Origin: Actinomycetota bacterium
GTDB taxonomy: Bacteria; Actinomycetota; Actinomycetes; S36-B12
Length of the DNA: 64,000 nt
Assembly: GCA_027729805.1 (NCBI GenBank)
Contig: JAQCEO010000003.1
Location: forward strand, 6,302 to 70,301
Direction: 5' to 3'
In this document: in pieces, positions 62,296 to 64,000 of the stretch
How the letters are laid out: every line of letters begins with the position of its first letter
Position numbering within the stretch: position 1 is the stretch's first letter
Translations under genes and position numbers: made by a program
The notes under the pieces: generated by a model
Seen by the model: the letters and a program-made list of their open reading frames with translations, nothing else
Told to the model about the DNA's origin: nothing
The model's database searches: none

Positions 62296-63356
62296 GCGCG
62301 GACCCATTCGGCATAAAAGAGGGTGAGCCCAGCACCGATACACAAGCCTTGAATGATCCAGAAGCGAACCACGATCTGGATCTCGGGCCAGCCCAGCATT
62401 TCAAAATGATGGTGCAAGGGCGCCATGCGAAAGATGCGCCGTCCGGTGAGTTTAAATGACGCCACCTGACCAATAACCGACAAAACGGTTATCAGGAAAA
62501 GACCGGCCAATAGGGGTAGTAACAATTCCGTGCGCGAAAGGATTGCCAATCCTGCGATGCCTCCCCCTAGGGCCAAGGAGCCGGTATCACCCATGAAGAT
62601 GCGCGCCGGCGCGGTATTCCACCACATGAACCCAAAGCAGGCTCCCGCGGCAGAGGCCGCCACAATCGACAGATCCAATGGGTTCAAGGTGGAGTAACAA
62701 GTTGAGGTGGCAGCAAATGCGCAATTTTGACCGTACTGCCAAACACTGATCAATACATAGGCCAGAAATGTCATCGTTGACGCACCGATGGCAAGCCCAT
62801 CGAGCCCATCGGTTAGATTGACCCCGTTAGTGGTGGCGGTGACCAAGAACCAGACCCATAGCAAAAATAGCCCGAGCGGAAGCGCCAGGGAGGTATCACG
62901 TACGAATGACACCGCCATCGATGCCGGTGAATTCCCATCGACCGAAAACTGAAGTGACAGCCACCCGAACGCCAGTGCCACAACAGCCTGACCAATTAAT
63001 TTCGTGCGCGCTCGCAGCCCGGTACTTCGCTGCTTGAAAATCTTCAAGTAGTCATCAGCCAGGCCAACCATCCCGAGACCAACCATCAAAAACAAAATCA
63101 GCAAACCAGACGCGGTGAGCGGGCGCCAAGTTACTAAATGAGTGGTGAAGTAGCCCGCAAGTACACCGGCCAAGATCGCGATCCCGCCCATTGACGGGGT
63201 GCCTCGCTTCGCCTCGTGGTCCGGATAGTTGCCGGTATCCGTCGAGACCCGGATCGCCTGTGCATACCCTCGTCTGCTCAATAGTTTGATCAATATTGGC
63301 GTGCCGATCAGGGAGACAATCGTTGCAATCGCCCCGGCGATGACCACTAATCTCAT
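62292..63356 (-). CDS. mraY: Phospho-N-acetylmuramoyl-pentapeptide transferase
   Basis: 354 aa, polytopic membrane protein. Blocks KRGTPSMGG, NLTDGLDGLA, MGDTGSLALGG and APLHHHFE. Confidence 0.96.
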   Translation of the reverse strand: MRLVVIAGAIATIVSLIGTPILIKLLSRRGYAQAIRVSTDTGNYPDHEAKRGTPSMGGIAILAGVLAGYFTTHLVTWRPLTASGLLILFLMVGLGMVGLADDYLKIFKQRSTGLRARTKLIGQAVVALAFGWLSLQFSVDGNSPASMAVSFVRDTSLALPLGLFLLWVWFLVTATTNGVNLTDGLDGLAIGASTMTFLAYVLISVWQYGQNCAFAATSTCYSTLNPLDLSIVAASAAGACFGFMWWNTAPARIFMGDTGSLALGGGIAGLAILSRTELLLPLLAGLFLITVLSVIGQVASFKLTGRRIFRMAPLHHHFEMLGWPEIQIVVRFWIIQGLCIGAGLTLFYAEWVRA

Positions 63357-64000
63357 TCGGCACCCGCTTCGAGCAAGGCAGTAGCAACAACTTCTAGGCC
63401 GATGCCCCGCGAGGCCTTAATCAACGCCACATCACCCGGTATCAGACCGGCCACTAGCGCACTGATGGCGCTTAGTGGATCCGGCACCCAAGTGGTGTTA
63501 ATCGAAGCAAGCTCCTTCGCACGCAAATACGCGGGGCGGGAGCCATCCCCTACGCACATCAGCTCATCTATCCCGTGCTCGGCAGCATAGTCGCCTATCT
63601 TGGCGTGCTCGGCATCCGAGGCTGCACCAAGTTCGCGCATCTCACCCAAGATCAGCCAAGTCCGGCGCCCGGCGGCCATTGCCGCAAGGGTATCGACCGC
63701 GGCCCGCACCGACTCGGGATTGGCGTTGTAAGCATCATTGATCAAAGTAACACCACTGGACAACTGATGAACTTCCATCCGCCATTTACTTTCCGGGGTG
63801 GCGGCACGCAGCGCCATAGCGATTGTGTTAATGCCAACACCTAATGAGTATGCGGCACCAGCCACTATGAGTGCGTTCGACACGAAATGTCGACCGTGGT
63901 ACTCCAAAGTTATCGGAGCATTCGTGGCGCCAATTTCGAGGGTAAAGGACGCCCGCGCTTGATCATCAACACGAACATCGGTTGCCCGCACATCACATCC
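63353..64000 (-). CDS. murF: UDP-N-acetylmuramoyl-tripeptide--D-alanyl-D-alanine ligase, C-terminal part (5' end beyond the window)
   Basis: C-terminal Mur-ligase domain (INDAYNANPESV...LGEMRELG...). The frame stays open to position 64000. Upstream of mraY, as in all dcw clusters. Confidence 0.9.
   Translation of the reverse strand, partial: GCDVRATDVRVDDQARASFTLEIGATNAPITLEYHGRHFVSNALIVAGAAYSLGVGINTIAMALRAATPESKWRMEVHQLSSGVTLINDAYNANPESVRAAVDTLAAMAAGRRTWLILGEMRELGAASDAEHAKIGDYAAEHGIDELMCVGDGSRPAYLRAKELASINTTWVPDPLSAISALVAGLIPGDVALIKASRGIGLEVVATALLEAGAE

Noticed and set aside
1-64000. Search for mobile elements, integrases, toxin-antitoxin pairs, restriction-modification or other defence genes, tRNA/rRNA genes and biosynthetic gene clusters.
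   Set aside because: Every ORF longer than 150 nt that is not a shadow frame is accounted for by a housekeeping or conserved-synteny gene. No inverted terminal repeats, direct-repeat-flanked inserts or cloverleaf-capable intergenic sequences were seen. The largest gaps (210, 151 and 140 bp) are promoter or leader regions.

Overview
This window is a high-GC Actinomycetota chromosomal core region. It is almost gap-free, and I call 59 CDS, 55 of them on the minus strand. Many neighbouring genes share ATGA/GTGA stop-start overlaps, which points to long polycistronic units.

Gene order along the minus strand, from 64000 down to 1:
- dcw division/cell-wall cluster: murF (partial), mraY, murD, ftsW, murG, murC, ftsQ, ftsZ, pgeF, yggS, sepF, yggT, divIVA
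- ileS (plus strand), then a TraR/DksA zinc-finger protein with a histone-like (A/V)PAKK repeat tail, lspA, rluD, dnaE
- a membrane protein, then ybaK and a Lon-N-domain protein (both plus strand)
- his genes hisD-C-B-H-A(priA type)-F, a plus-strand DinB-like gene, hisI
- trpE with two conserved membrane proteins, an embedded OmpR-type response regulator, histidine kinase and DUF2752 protein, then trpC-B-A
- a DsbA-like oxidoreductase, gltB-gltD, pyk
- a Bacillus-ordered pyr operon: pyrR-B-C, carA, carB, pyrK, pyrD, pyrF
- gmk, rpoZ, coaBC, metK, priA, def, fmt, rsmB, rpe (partial)

I saw no rRNA or tRNA genes, CRISPR arrays, IS elements, integrases, prophage or recognisable defence or toxin genes. 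I do not find a convincing new multi-gene system; this is ordinary, strongly syntenic housekeeping DNA.

The points most worth a second look are:
- the histone-tailed DksA-like protein and its in-frame DNA tandem repeat
- a PyrR-type RNA binding loop covering the pyrR ribosome-binding site
- a CTAT-N6-ATAG (AmtR-type) box upstream of gltB
- the two-component pair and uncharacterised membrane proteins wedged into the trp cluster
- a PriA with degenerate ATPase motifs

Several ORF-track starts are over-extended. I give preferred starts based on stop-start overlaps and Shine-Dalgarno (SD) sequences. All product calls rest on motif recognition by eye and gene order, not on database searches.
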